This document shows, in pieces, positions 38,350 through 48,508 of a stretch of 64,000 nt of DNA. Location of the stretch: NCBI GenBank assembly GCA_963844035.1, contig CAWJMT010000036.1:64001-128000 (forward strand). The letters run 5' to 3'. Source of the stretch: an uncultured Gemmatimonadales bacterium. Its GTDB lineage: Bacteria > Gemmatimonadota > Gemmatimonadetes > Gemmatimonadales > GWC2-71-9. The notes under the pieces are model-generated. The model had not been told where the DNA came from. It made no database searches and saw only the letters and a program-made list of their open reading frames with translations. The position numbers and the translations under genes were made by a program. Position 1 is the first letter of the stretch, and each line of letters starts with the position of its first letter.

Positions 38350-40371
38350 ATGCAGAAACTACGACGGTTCGTCTTGATCGGTGCATTGACCGCAGTCTCA
38401 TCCCTCGCTCCTCGTGCCAGCCTCGCCCAGAAGCGCGCGATGACGTTCGCCGATTTCCTCGCGCTGCCGAGCGTTGGGGGGCCGCAGCTCTCGCCCGACG
38501 GGAAATCGATCGCCTATACCGTCACGACGTATTCCCTGCCCGACAATCGCGGCACGTCGCGCGTCTGGCTCGCGGACGTGGCGACCGGCCGCACGCGGCA
38601 GCTCACGCAGGGGCCAGGGTCGGACCGCCAGCCGCGCTGGTCGCCCGACGGGAGCAGCCTGGCATTTGTGTCGACCAGGCAGGGCGGCGCTCAACTGTGG
38701 GTCCTGGCGCTCGCGGGCGGCGAGGCCCGTCAGGTGACGAGCCTTCCGGACGGCGTGTTCGATCCGGTGTGGCTCCCCGACGGAAAAGCGCTGCTCGTGA
38801 CCAGCGACATCAAGTGGCCGGCGGAGCAGGAGATCGACCGCCGCAACGGCGAGTACCCGACCGACGCGCGCCTGTGGACCGACCTGTTCTACCGGCACTG
38901 GGACGAGTGGCGCGCGGGAAAACGGCAGCACCTGTTCTCGGTGAATCTGGCCGACGGGCGGGCCCGGGACATCACGCCACTCGACCGCGACGTCCCGACC
39001 ATCGCCACCGGCGGCGACGGGGACGTGCACGTCGCGCCCGACGGGCGCGAGATCGCCGTGGCGATCCACACCGATCGGGTCGCCGACAGCACCAACGTCG
39101 AGATCTACGCGCTGCGGCCGGACGGCTCCGGCCTACGAGCGCTCACGAGCGGCCGCGGGGCGGACAACACACCGCGGTATTCTCCCGACGGACGGTGGCT
39201 GGCGTACCTGTCCCTGGAACGGCCGGGGTTTGAAGCCGATCGGGGGCGGCTCATGCTGCTCCCCCGGACCGACGGGCGGACCGGCGGTCCGGCGGTCGAG
39301 GCCACAAAGGGGTGGACGCTATCCGTGGCGTCGTATTCCTGGTGTCCGAGCTCGCAGTGCATCCTCGCGGTCGTGGAAGAGCGCGGCCGGGAAAACATCT
39401 ACCGGATCGACCTGCCGTCCTACCGCCGGTCCGACGTGGTGACGAACGGCGGGGTGAACACGGCCGCGACCCTGGCCCTCGACGGACGGTCCGCGGCGTA
39501 CCTCCATCAGAGCAACACCGAGCCCGCGGAAGTCTGGTTCGGCGGACGGCGTCTCACCCACCACACCGACTCTGGCGTAGCGGTGCTCGATTTGCGTCCA
39601 CTCGAGTCGATCGGGTTCGTCGGGGCGCTGGGGGATTCGGTGTTCGCGTGGGTCCTGAAGCCGCCCGGCTTCGACGCCGCGAAGAAGTACCCTCTGATCT
39701 ACTTGATCCATGGCGGTCCCCAAGGCGCATGGGACGATCTGTGGCACGCGCGCTGGAACTACCAGATGTTCGCGAGCCGCGGCTACGTCGTCGCGGCAGT
39801 GAACTTCCACGGCTCGACGGGCTACGGCCAGGCGTTCACCGATGCCATCTCGCAGCACTGGGGAGACTATCCGTACGAGGACCTGATGAAGGGCCTGGAC
39901 GTGGTGGCGCGCCTCCCGTACGTCGATTCAACGCGTATGGGAGCGGCTGGAGCGTCGTATGGCGGCTACATGATCTACTGGCTGGCGGGCCACACCAATC
40001 GCTTCAAGACGCTGGTCGCCCACGACGGCGTCTTCAACCTTGCAAGCATGTACGGCTCAACCGAGGAGCTGTGGTTCGTCGAGTGGGAACTCGGCGGCAG
40101 CCTGTACCGCAATCGGGCGTTGTACGAGAAGTGGTCCCCGCACAACCACGTGGAGCAGTGGAAGACCCCGATGCTCATCGTCCACTCGCAGCTCGACTAT
40201 CGCGTGGATCTGTCGGAAGGCTATCAGGCGTTCACGGCGCTCCGCACCATGGGCGTTCCCGCGAAATTTCTGTACTTCCCCGACGAGGGCCATTGGATAT
40301 TGCGGCCGCGCAACCGCCGCATCTGGTGGAGCACGGTGCTCGACTGGATGGACCAGTATCTAAAAAAATAG
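38350..40371 (+). CDS. S9 family (prolyl oligopeptidase/acylaminoacyl) peptidase, secreted
   Basis: PD40-like SPDG repeats, IHGGPQ, GASYGG, DYRV, FPDEGH. Confidence 0.93.
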   Translation: MQKLRRFVLIGALTAVSSLAPRASLAQKRAMTFADFLALPSVGGPQLSPDGKSIAYTVTTYSLPDNRGTSRVWLADVATGRTRQLTQGPGSDRQPRWSPDGSSLAFVSTRQGGAQLWVLALAGGEARQVTSLPDGVFDPVWLPDGKALLVTSDIKWPAEQEIDRRNGEYPTDARLWTDLFYRHWDEWRAGKRQHLFSVNLADGRARDITPLDRDVPTIATGGDGDVHVAPDGREIAVAIHTDRVADSTNVEIYALRPDGSGLRALTSGRGADNTPRYSPDGRWLAYLSLERPGFEADRGRLMLLPRTDGRTGGPAVEATKGWTLSVASYSWCPSSQCILAVVEERGRENIYRIDLPSYRRSDVVTNGGVNTAATLALDGRSAAYLHQSNTEPAEVWFGGRRLTHHTDSGVAVLDLRPLESIGFVGALGDSVFAWVLKPPGFDAAKKYPLIYLIHGGPQGAWDDLWHARWNYQMFASRGYVVAAVNFHGSTGYGQAFTDAISQHWGDYPYEDLMKGLDVVARLPYVDSTRMGAAGASYGGYMIYWLAGHTNRFKTLVAHDGVFNLASMYGSTEELWFVEWELGGSLYRNRALYEKWSPHNHVEQWKTPMLIVHSQLDYRVDLSEGYQAFTALRTMGVPAKFLYFPDEGHWILRPRNRRIWWSTVLDWMDQYLKK

Positions 40372-40385
40372 CTGATTGCTGTTCT

Positions 40386-42332
40386 TCAGCGCTTCTTCCA
40401 CACGTTGTTGTCCCGCCGCACGTCGGGAAGGTCCATGTCCGGGTCGATTTCGACCTTGACGAGATCAGCGGGGGCGGGTCGGACGTACACGTAGCGGTTC
40501 CCCTGAAACCAGACCTCGATCGGGAGCCGGACGCGCGCGGTCGAGTCGTTGGCATACGTCAACTTCAGATCCACGGGCATCGGCAGGTCCCCGCGACTCG
40601 ACAGGATAACCCCGGCGTACGGGGCCCCACTCTTGTCGCGCACCGTCGCGGCCGAATCGATCGCGAGGTCCACGACGTCGTTCGTATAGAACCATCCGCG
40701 CCAGAACCACGAGAGATCCTCGCCCAGCCCGTCTTCCATGGTCCGGAAGAAATCAGCGGGCGTGGGGTGGCGATACGCCCAGCGCCGGATGTACTCGCGG
40801 AACGCCGCGTCGAACCTGGTGGTGTCGTCCGCGATCTGGTGCCGCAACAGATAGAGTCCAACGGCCGGCTTGTTGTACGCGACCTGGCCGAGCTGCTGCG
40901 GATCGATGCGATCGGGCGGGAAGATCGGCGGCTGGTCGCGGCCGGTAGCGGCGATTCTCGCCCAGTTCTGCGTGTCGCCCCGATTCCGATCCCACTGCGA
41001 GTCGGGGTAGAACGAGCGTACCGAGTAGATGTTGATGAAGGTATTGAACCCCTCATCCATCCACGCGAACAGGCGCTCGTTCGACCCCACGATCATCGGG
41101 AACCACTGGTGCCCCAGCTCGTGGGTGGTGACGGAGTAGAGGGCGAAGCCGGTGGCCTGGTCGCCGCAGAACACGATCATGGGGTACTCCATCCCCCCCA
41201 CGGGCCCCGCCACGTTGATGGCGGTGGGGTAGGGGTACCGGAACCACCGTTCCGAATAGTGCTCGATGGTGTGGCGGGAGTACTTGGTCGAGTTCTCCCA
41301 GTCGCGGTCGGCTTCGGGGGTATAGACCGATTGGATCAGGATGCCCTCCCAGCCGCTCGCGTCCCAGATGAAGTTCGGCGCGGCCGCCCAGGCGACGTCC
41401 CGGACATTTTTCGCGTTGAAGCGCCACGTGAGGGTCGGGCTGGCACCGGCGGGCCGGGTTGAGGCCTGGCCCGCCTCGCTCCTCGCGATGATCAGGACGG
41501 TGGTGTCGGATTTGAGGGCCTGGGCCAGGCGTGACCGCTGGGTGGCGGTCAGGACTTCGGTCGGGTTGGCCAGCGTCCCGGTCGCGACGACGACAAAGTT
41601 GCGCGGCACGGTGATCTCCACGTCGAAGTCACCGTATTCGAGGTAGAACTCTCCCTGCCCCAGGTACTGCTCGGTGTTCCATCCCCGTACGTCGTCGTAC
41701 ACGGCCATTCGGGGATACCACTGCGCCATCTCGTATAGCCACCCGGTGTCATAGTGCTCGCGACCCATGCGGTCGGAGCCGTGCTCGGGGATCTGGAATG
41801 AGTACGCGATCGCGAATTCCACGGCGCCTCCGGGCGGGAGGGGGCGACTCAAGTCGATCCGCCCCATCGTCCCGTTGACCGTGAGCGCGAGCGCGGTCGT
41901 CTTGACCGGCTTCCCCGCCGACCGCGAGATCGCTTCGACCTTGGATATCACGTAGCCGCCATCGAACCCGGCGCCGGCGAACCGCGCTCCGGGCGGATTG
42001 AGCGCGGTGCCACGGCTGTCATCCCGGTAGATGTTCTGGTCCAGCTGAACCCAGACGTAGCGCAGCGTATCGGGTGAGCGGTTGGCGTACCGCACGGTGA
42101 CGCGGCCGGTGAGCGTGTGGGCGCCGGTGTCGAGCGACGCCCGAATCGTGTAGTCCGCCCGTTGCTGCCAGTATTCATGCCCGGGGGCACCCGACCCGGC
42201 GCGCACGGGGCTCGCCGCGGGGAGCTCGAGGCGCCGGAAGGGGGACGTGTCGCCGACCTGAGGCGGCAGCGCAGGAAGCGCAGGCTGCGGCTGCTGCTGA
42301 AGGGCGGCGAGTACGAGCGCGAATGCGAGCAT
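40386..42332 (-). CDS. M1 family zinc aminopeptidase, secreted
   Basis: GGMEYP, HELGHQWF, WMDEGFN. Confidence 0.92.
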   Translation of the reverse strand: MLAFALVLAALQQQPQPALPALPPQVGDTSPFRRLELPAASPVRAGSGAPGHEYWQQRADYTIRASLDTGAHTLTGRVTVRYANRSPDTLRYVWVQLDQNIYRDDSRGTALNPPGARFAGAGFDGGYVISKVEAISRSAGKPVKTTALALTVNGTMGRIDLSRPLPPGGAVEFAIAYSFQIPEHGSDRMGREHYDTGWLYEMAQWYPRMAVYDDVRGWNTEQYLGQGEFYLEYGDFDVEITVPRNFVVVATGTLANPTEVLTATQRSRLAQALKSDTTVLIIARSEAGQASTRPAGASPTLTWRFNAKNVRDVAWAAAPNFIWDASGWEGILIQSVYTPEADRDWENSTKYSRHTIEHYSERWFRYPYPTAINVAGPVGGMEYPMIVFCGDQATGFALYSVTTHELGHQWFPMIVGSNERLFAWMDEGFNTFINIYSVRSFYPDSQWDRNRGDTQNWARIAATGRDQPPIFPPDRIDPQQLGQVAYNKPAVGLYLLRHQIADDTTRFDAAFREYIRRWAYRHPTPADFFRTMEDGLGEDLSWFWRGWFYTNDVVDLAIDSAATVRDKSGAPYAGVILSSRGDLPMPVDLKLTYANDSTARVRLPIEVWFQGNRYVYVRPAPADLVKVEIDPDMDLPDVRRDNNVWKKR

Positions 42333-42371
42333 TGTGGTGTCCTCGGTGTCGGATTCGAACAGCGGGGGACT

Positions 42372-43329
42372 CTACGTGGTACGTGCCGGCGCCTCGGCGG
42401 TTTCCGCCGCCTCTCCGAGGTATCCGCCGGCCACTCCGCCAACGACCATCGCCAGGCCGAGCCAGCCGATCGACGTGAGATGCTGGCCCAGCAGGAAGAA
42501 CGCGAGCAACGTGCCAAGCACCGGCTCGACCGTCGCTGCGACGGCGGTTGGCGCTGCGTCGATGCGCTTGAGCGCCGCAAAGAACAGGAAGTTCGCCGCG
42601 AGCACGGGTCCCAAGGCGAGCAGCGTCACAAAGGTCCACGCGCTCGCGCCCTGCGGGCGCACGAGCGGATAGCCGGCGAGCGGGAGCACGATGCCGAGCA
42701 CGAAGATGGCGCCGGCCATTTCGAGAAACAGCACCTGGCGCGCGCCGTAGCGCGGGACGGTATAGCGGGCGACCAGCGTCATCCCGGCGTACGCGACCAT
42801 GGCGAGCAGTCCGCCCGCGATCCCGGCCACCAGGCTCGGGAGGGGGATCGCCGCTGCTCCCGCGCCGTGGCTGCCGCCCTGCACGGTGAACGCCGCGCCG
42901 GCCATCACGACGAGGGCGAGCGCGATCCGCCGGACCGTGAGCTTTTCCCCGAGGATGGGCTTCGCCAGCACCGCAACCAGGACGGGCGCGATGTAGAGGA
43001 GCGCGGCCGCGCCCGCGACGCCGGTGCCGGCGATACCGAACTGGTACGCGACCTCGAACAACGCGGTCAGCGTGCCGCCCGCGAACCCGGCGATGAGCCA
43101 GGCCTTGGGCTCAACGCGAAACAGCTCGCGGTGAAATAGACCGTACACGAGCAATCCGACGAAACCGAGCACGAGTCGCCAATAGCCGATCCCGGTGATC
43201 TGCTCGCCTGCCCGATACAGGAGCGGTGGAGAGCGGGCCGGTCGTTCCCCACACGGCACCGGCTGAGAGCGCGAAGAGATACCCCGCGAGACGGGAAGGG
43301 CGGGCGGCGGTGGGGGTAGTGGTTGTCAT
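42372..43329 (-). CDS. EamA/DMT transporter (frameshift near 43225)
   Basis: N-terminus AGYLFALSAGAVWGTTG in ORF 43111-43329; EPVLGTLLAFFLLGQ; about 10 TM helices. Confidence 0.85.
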
Positions 43330-43351
43330 GCGCGTGGAGCGGAACGATAAC

Positions 43352-44140
43352 TCACACGAGCGTGCCGCGCAGCACGGTCACGGCCTGGCCGCCCAGGATG
43401 ACGCGGTCGCCTTGTAACCGCGTGCGTACGACTCCGCCGCGCGCTGATGCCTGATATGCCAACAGCTCCGACTTGTGGAGCCGGGCGGTCCAGTAGGGGG
43501 CCAGCGCGCTGTGCGTCGACCCGGTCGTGGGATCCTCGTTGATGCCGCACGCCGGCGCGAAGAAACGGGACACGAAGTCGAACGGCGGTGTGGCGGCGCG
43601 GCTCGTCACAATGATCCCGCGGGTGTCGATGCGTGCGAGCACGCTGAAATCCGGAGCCAGCCGGCGGACCGTGTCTTCGCTGTCCACCTCCACCAGGTAG
43701 TCGAAGCGGCTGCGACCCACCGCATGGGGCTGTACCCCGAGGCCCTCCACCAGGCCGGGCGGCGTATCGGCTGGAGTCGCGACGGTGGCGGGGAAATCGA
43801 GCTCGATCCACGCACCGCGCCGCTCAGCGACGAGCAGTCCGCTCTTGGTGTGGAACCGCGCCGGTGCCGCCGGGGCGAGGTGGCCGCCCTCCCACAGCAC
43901 GTGGGCGCTGGCGAGGGTGGCGTGGCCGCACAGGGCTACTTCGACGGTGGGCGTGAACCAGCGAAGCTGGTAGCCATCGTCCGCGCGATGCAGGAAGGCT
44001 GTCTCGGACAGGTTCATCTCCCGTGCGACGTCCTGCATCCAGCGCTCATCGCGCGGCGCGGGGAGAATGCACACCGCGGCCGGGTTGCCGGCAAACGGTT
44101 TGTCGGTGAAGGCGTCGACCTGGACGATCGGGAGTTCCAT
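43352..44140 (-). CDS. PhzF family isomerase/epimerase
   Basis: QVDAFT..PF.GNPAAV, NLSETAF, EVALCGHATLA, EDPTTGS. Confidence 0.92.
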   Translation of the reverse strand: MELPIVQVDAFTDKPFAGNPAAVCILPAPRDERWMQDVAREMNLSETAFLHRADDGYQLRWFTPTVEVALCGHATLASAHVLWEGGHLAPAAPARFHTKSGLLVAERRGAWIELDFPATVATPADTPPGLVEGLGVQPHAVGRSRFDYLVEVDSEDTVRRLAPDFSVLARIDTRGIIVTSRAATPPFDFVSRFFAPACGINEDPTTGSTHSALAPYWTARLHKSELLAYQASARGGVVRTRLQGDRVILGGQAVTVLRGTLV

Positions 44141-44146
44141 GGCGCG

Positions 44147-44902
44147 TCAGGCTGGTGTGAACCGATTCAGCGCCGCGCGCTCGTCCGGTGTCAGGGTGGC
44201 GCCCGTCGCGCGCTTCTTGAGCAACCGCTCGACTTCCTCACGGTTGACGGGGTGCAGGTCCTCGAGGCGGATCTTGGCCCACTGCTCGGAATCGGACGAC
44301 GCGGAGTCGGGACGGTCCGGGGTCGCCGCCATCCGCGCTCGAAATTGCGCGGCGGGGGAGCGACGCTCCATCCAGGTGAGGTACACGAAGCCGCCGAGGA
44401 ACCCGCCGAGGTGTGCGAAATGTGCCACGCCCGGTTGCACGCCACCGAAGCCGCCGGAGAGCGACAACGCCGTCATGCCGACCACGAACCAGCGCGCCTG
44501 AATCGGAACGACGCCCCAGAGATACATGAGCGCGCGCGGCCAATAGCGGGCGTAGCCGAGCATGACACCGAACACGGCGCCGGACGCGCCCACGATCGCG
44601 GCGTGTGGCTGGAACGCCAGGGACGCGAGCGCACCGACCAGGCCGCTGACGCCATACAGGGCGACAAAGTGCTGCCCGCCGAGCCGGGCTTCCACGCGCG
44701 GCCCGAAGAAATACAGGGCGAGCATGTTGAAGGCCAGGTGCCAGGGTCCGGCATGGAGAAACATGTACGTCACGAGCGTCCAGGGACGCATCGGGATCAG
44801 TGCCGGGACGAGGACCAGGGCCTGGGGGACAGTCGGGAGGGCGATGCTCAGCAGGAACATGCCTACGTTCAGGACGATCAGGCGCTGGACCCACGACGTC
44901 AC
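44147..44902 (-). CDS. Rhomboid intramembrane serine protease
   Basis: PWTLVTYMFLH, HLAFNM, VGASGA, AHFAHLGG. Confidence 0.9.
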   Translation of the reverse strand: MTSWVQRLIVLNVGMFLLSIALPTVPQALVLVPALIPMRPWTLVTYMFLHAGPWHLAFNMLALYFFGPRVEARLGGQHFVALYGVSGLVGALASLAFQPHAAIVGASGAVFGVMLGYARYWPRALMYLWGVVPIQARWFVVGMTALSLSGGFGGVQPGVAHFAHLGGFLGGFVYLTWMERRSPAAQFRARMAATPDRPDSASSDSEQWAKIRLEDLHPVNREEVERLLKKRATGATLTPDERAALNRFTPA

Positions 44903-44913
44903 AAAGGCGCTCC

Positions 44914-45549
44914 CTAGCCTGCGGCGACTTTCGGCACCGTTCCGAACCGCCGTTCGCGGGCGCGGAATTCCTCGAGGGCAGCCGCCAATTCCGCGGCGCC
45001 GAATTCCGGCCACATCCGCTCGGTGAAATGCAGCTCGGCGTAGGCGCATTCCCAGAGGAGAAAGTCGCTGAGCCGCTGCTCCCCACCGGTGCGGATCAGC
45101 AGGTCGACATCGGGCAACAGGTTTCCGGTGGCGATTGCCCAGCGGGCCGAGTAGTCGACGGCGAGGCGGAGGTGCAGCGTGGTTCCGGCCGCGGTGGCCA
45201 ACTCCGCATCCTCCATCGCGGCGACGAGCGGCGCCGGGAGGCGGTCGCGGCGCCCCACGATCTCGAGATGCACACCGTTCTTGATGAGCCGCGGCGTTTC
45301 GGTGCGAAGGTGGCGGGCGAACAGCCGCATCAGGGCCGAGACTTCGTTCGTCGGCCGCTTCCAGTTGTCCGCCGAGAAGGCGAACAGCGTCAGCCCGCCG
45401 ACGCCGAGCGCCGGCGCCGCCTCGACGAGCGGGCGCACCCCCTGTGCACCGGCGCGATGGCCAGCAGTGCGGGGAAGTCCCCGGCGCGTTGCCCAGCGAC
45501 CATTGCCGTCCATGACGATGGCGACATGCAGGAGTCCGGCGGCCGGCAT
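44914..45549 (-). CDS. uppS: cis-prenyltransferase (undecaprenyl diphosphate synthase-like)
   Basis: [46 protein letters not shown]. Confidence 0.9.
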   Translation of the reverse strand: MPAAGLLHVAIVMDGNGRWATRRGLPRTAGHRAGAQGVRPLVEAAPALGVGGLTLFAFSADNWKRPTNEVSALMRLFARHLRTETPRLIKNGVHLEIVGRRDRLPAPLVAAMEDAELATAAGTTLHLRLAVDYSARWAIATGNLLPDVDLLIRTGGEQRLSDFLLWECAYAELHFTERMWPEFGAAELAAALEEFRARERRFGTVPKVAAG

Positions 45550-45917
45550 CAGCGCTCGCGCGTGGCCCGAATCAGGGCCTCCATGTGGTCGAGATAGCGC
45601 TCGAGCGCCCGGCGCCCGATGGCAGTCAACCGATACTCGGTTTTCGGCATGCGCCCCGCGAACGACTTGGTGCACCGCACGTACTGCGCCTCCTCGAGCT
45701 TGCGCGCGTGCGCGCTCAAGTTCCCGTCGGTCGTTTTGAGCAGACGCTTCAGGTCGTTGAACGTCAACGTCTCGTTGACCGCGAGTCCGCTCACGATCGC
45801 CAGCCGGACGCGCTCGTGGATCAGGCGGTCGAGTTTCGGCGCCTGAGCGCGGGCCACGGCCGGGGCCACGGCGCGGTCAATGGGCTGGGATCGCCGGATC
45901 GAGGTGACCTTACCCAC
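45549..45917 (-). CDS. Winged-helix transcriptional regulator (HTH_34/ArsR-like)
   Basis: [16 protein letters not shown]...TDGNLS.H..KLEEA.YV. Confidence 0.88.
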   Translation of the reverse strand: MGKVTSIRRSQPIDRAVAPAVARAQAPKLDRLIHERVRLAIVSGLAVNETLTFNDLKRLLKTTDGNLSAHARKLEEAQYVRCTKSFAGRMPKTEYRLTAIGRRALERYLDHMEALIRATRER

Positions 45918-46521
45918 CGTACCTCCGTGCGATCACGGCGCCGAACACGAGGTGCAGCCCGCCGAACCCGGCCGCCATGCACCAGTTCCCCCACGCCGCC
46001 GGGCCGAACAGGGCCACGGCGCCGACAAGCATGAAACAGAGCCCCATCACCGGTACGATGCGCACCGACACCGCGCCCGTCGTCGCGACGCCGGCGCCGT
46101 ACAGCATGAGCCAGGACCCGGGCAGCGCGTGCGGCACGCCGGCGCGAAACAGCCAGACCGTGAGGAGTCCGGCGACCACGACGGGAGGGAGAAAGCTGAG
46201 GCCGAAGCGGCGAGCCGGACCGGACAAGATCGGGTCGTTCGCCGCGTGCGCCTTGCGGGCGAGGGCCCAGCCGCCGATCACGAGCGCTACTACCGCCTCC
46301 GCGAGCCATACGGCGAGCCAGAGCTCGACGGTGGGTTGGCGTGCGGCGAGCGCCGCGGCAATGAGCGCCGTGGTGCCGACGGCCACGCCGCCCCATCCGG
46401 GCACTGCGGTGAATGCGCCGGCGCGCTCCATCGTTTCCCTGATGAAGCGCAGGTTGTCCATGGCACGGTCGTGCAGCGCGGGGGGATCATTGCGGTGTGG
46501 CGCAGGACGGGGCCGGAACAT
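45910..46521 (-). CDS. Hypothetical membrane protein
   Basis: AMDNLRFIRETMERA..F, about 6 TM helices, FGGLH. Confidence 0.8.
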   Translation of the reverse strand: MFRPRPAPHRNDPPALHDRAMDNLRFIRETMERAGAFTAVPGWGGVAVGTTALIAAALAARQPTVELWLAVWLAEAVVALVIGGWALARKAHAANDPILSGPARRFGLSFLPPVVVAGLLTVWLFRAGVPHALPGSWLMLYGAGVATTGAVSVRIVPVMGLCFMLVGAVALFGPAAWGNWCMAAGFGGLHLVFGAVIARRYGG

Positions 46522-46527
46522 GGGGGC

Positions 46528-46576
46528 AGGCTAGCGACGCGGGCCCATGTTTGTCAAGTACTTTACGGCACAAAGT
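46528..46576 (-). promoter_or_regulatory. Leaderless promoter TTGACA-18-TAGCCT-6-ATG with adjacent palindrome ACTTT-N7-AAAGT
   Basis: -35 at 46557-46552, -10 at 46533-46528, dyad 46560-46576. Confidence 0.65.
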
Positions 46577-46580
46577 GAAA

Positions 46581-47786
46581 CTAGGTTGTGGAGGCGGGCT
46601 TCCGCAGCCGCAGCACCTTGAGCGACAAGCTGCGGGCGAGAATGCCGATGCCGCCCGCGTCGCCGTCGCGCCGCGGCACGGCGCGGTAGATGAGAACGAC
46701 GACGATCCAGGTCAACCAGCTTACCCGCTCGGGCCATGTGAGCGACCGGAGCATGAACCAGGGCTGGCTGAATGCCGCGGTCCACGGCTCCCACGAGCCC
46801 TGGAGCAGCGCGAGGGGACGCGCGAGCACGTGGTTGGCCTCGTAGCCGTGATGGCTGGGGCTGGCGACGTTCCACATGCAGGTCGCCTTGCCCCAGCCGT
46901 GGTTGTCGCTCGCGCCGACCAGCACGAGGTCGTGCTGTTGGGCGAGGGTGACCACGCGCGCGCGGGCTTGAACAGGGAACCCGATCGCCTTCGGCGCGCA
47001 GTTCACGATCTCGAACCCGTCCAGGCCCGCCTTGACGAAGGCGTCGAGATCGTCCCAGTGGTTGCGCCAGTATTCGGGGAGAGAAGCGATGGTGATGGCT
47101 CCCCGGCGGTGCAGTTCGGCGAACACTCCGAGCATCGAGCGCGTGTCGCGGTTGTAGGGGTCGCGGTCGATCGGTGTGAGCTGGCCGAGCGCCACGATGT
47201 GCTGGCCCGAAACGCTCCACTCGGCACCCTGCAGCAGGACGAATGGATCGTCCACCCGCCCATCGAACACGTGGTTATGGTCCGTCACGTACGACGCGGC
47301 GAACCCCTGCGCGGCATGCCAGTGCGCGAGGTCCAGCGCACTCCAGCCGGGACGCCCGTCGTGCGACTCCTCGGTGTGGGCATGATAGTCGATCACGGTC
47401 ATGGCGGAGTCGGTGGCGACAAGCCGCGCCACCGGGCGGGGCAGGGCCACCGTGGCGGCGGCCACCGCGACGAGCATGAGGGGACCCAGCACCGCGCGCG
47501 TCATTCGACGCGCCAGGGTGCCGGACCGCAACGCGCCCCAGAGGGCGAGGGCGACGGCCCACACCGCAAGGAGAACGCGCGCGCGCTCGATGCTCAAGAA
47601 CGTGAGCCCGTCGAGCACGTCGGAAAGGGGCGCGACGACGACGTACGCCAGCGGTCGAACCAGCTCGGCGTCGACTGCGGGTGCGCCCGAGACGGCATCG
47701 ACCAGGGAGGGGAGCGGGTCAAGCGCGCTGACGAGCACGAGCGCAATCAGGGCGATCGTGATCGGGTAGCGGCGCGCGGCGTTCAC
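46581..47786 (-). CDS. Membrane-anchored PHP-family metal-dependent phosphoesterase
   Basis: IDYHAHT..SHDG, VTDHN, GAEWS, GASDNHG. Confidence 0.78.
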   Translation of the reverse strand: MNAARRYPITIALIALVLVSALDPLPSLVDAVSGAPAVDAELVRPLAYVVVAPLSDVLDGLTFLSIERARVLLAVWAVALALWGALRSGTLARRMTRAVLGPLMLVAVAAATVALPRPVARLVATDSAMTVIDYHAHTEESHDGRPGWSALDLAHWHAAQGFAASYVTDHNHVFDGRVDDPFVLLQGAEWSVSGQHIVALGQLTPIDRDPYNRDTRSMLGVFAELHRRGAITIASLPEYWRNHWDDLDAFVKAGLDGFEIVNCAPKAIGFPVQARARVVTLAQQHDLVLVGASDNHGWGKATCMWNVASPSHHGYEANHVLARPLALLQGSWEPWTAAFSQPWFMLRSLTWPERVSWLTWIVVVLIYRAVPRRDGDAGGIGILARSLSLKVLRLRKPASTT

Positions 47787-47851
47787 CCCTAGAATCCTCG
47801 TGTGAGAGCGATGGAAGCTATGCCTGAGTGTGCGGTCGTGTCGAGCCTGCG

Positions 47852-48349
47852 GTGACGGACTATGGCCAACTCCCCAACCTTGTCCTCGGCCCCCTGACTG
47901 GGCGTCCCGACACGGATTGGCACCGAGCCCCTCCAGGGAAATGGTGCCCGGGGCAGATCGTCGAACACCTCACCCTCTTGCTCGAGTACAGCGCGCGAAC
48001 CTTCCAATCGCGCCGCGCCAAGGAAACAATGCGGCGCCGGGCACGCAGCCCCCGGGAGTGGGCCGGGTACCTCCTCGTGTTGCGAATGGGATGGATCCCG
48101 AGCGGGTGGCGGGCGCCGGCGCCGGTGCGGCCGGCCGAGCATCCAGAGCGGACTGAAATGGAGCGGCGCTTCCGGGAAGCGGTCGAGCGGTGCGCGGTTC
48201 TGGAGCGCGAGCTCCTCCCGGCCCGCGCTGGCGACTTGTTCGTCAAACACGCGGTGCTGGGCGATCTGACGATCCCTGAGTGGGGGCGCTTTCACATGCT
48301 GCACTGCGCGCACCATGCCCGGCAGATCCGGGCCCGGCTCGCCGCATGA
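47852..48349 (+). CDS. DinB-like/DUF1569 protein
   Basis: PGKWCPGQIVEHL...HAVLG.L...W..FH..H..HH..QI. Confidence 0.8.
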   Translation: MTDYGQLPNLVLGPLTGRPDTDWHRAPPGKWCPGQIVEHLTLLLEYSARTFQSRRAKETMRRRARSPREWAGYLLVLRMGWIPSGWRAPAPVRPAEHPERTEMERRFREAVERCAVLERELLPARAGDLFVKHAVLGDLTIPEWGRFHMLHCAHHARQIRARLAA

Positions 48350-48504
48350 GTCGGAGCAGGAAGGACAAGCTCACGGTCCGGGTCCCGAACCCCGAGGCGC
48401 CGGTCAAAGAGCGCCTCAAGACGCCGTCGCACAAGGTGCACCGCTCGAAGAAGGGATATCAGCGGCAGGAAAAGCACCGGCGGGGCCCGCTGGACAAGGA
48501 ATAG
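48346..48504 (+). CDS. Small basic protein (52 aa), ArfA-like C-terminal motif
   Basis: MSRSRKDKLTVRVPNPEAPVKERLKTPSHKVHRSKKGYQRQEKHRRGPLDKE; ATGA-coupled upstream, 4 nt to the next ATG. Confidence 0.6.
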   Translation: MSRSRKDKLTVRVPNPEAPVKERLKTPSHKVHRSKKGYQRQEKHRRGPLDKE

Positions 48505-48508
48505 GACC

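Noticed and set aside
39312..41462. 716-aa plus-strand ORF, and similar long ORFs at 17514-18905, 25536-27182, 43475-44917, 60015-61601 and 61598-63154
   Set aside because: Shadow or antisense frames of well-supported genes, expected in high-GC DNA, with no recognisable motifs
43352..44140. Phenazine biosynthesis cluster
   Set aside because: A lone PhzF-family gene with no other phz genes; such homologs are widespread
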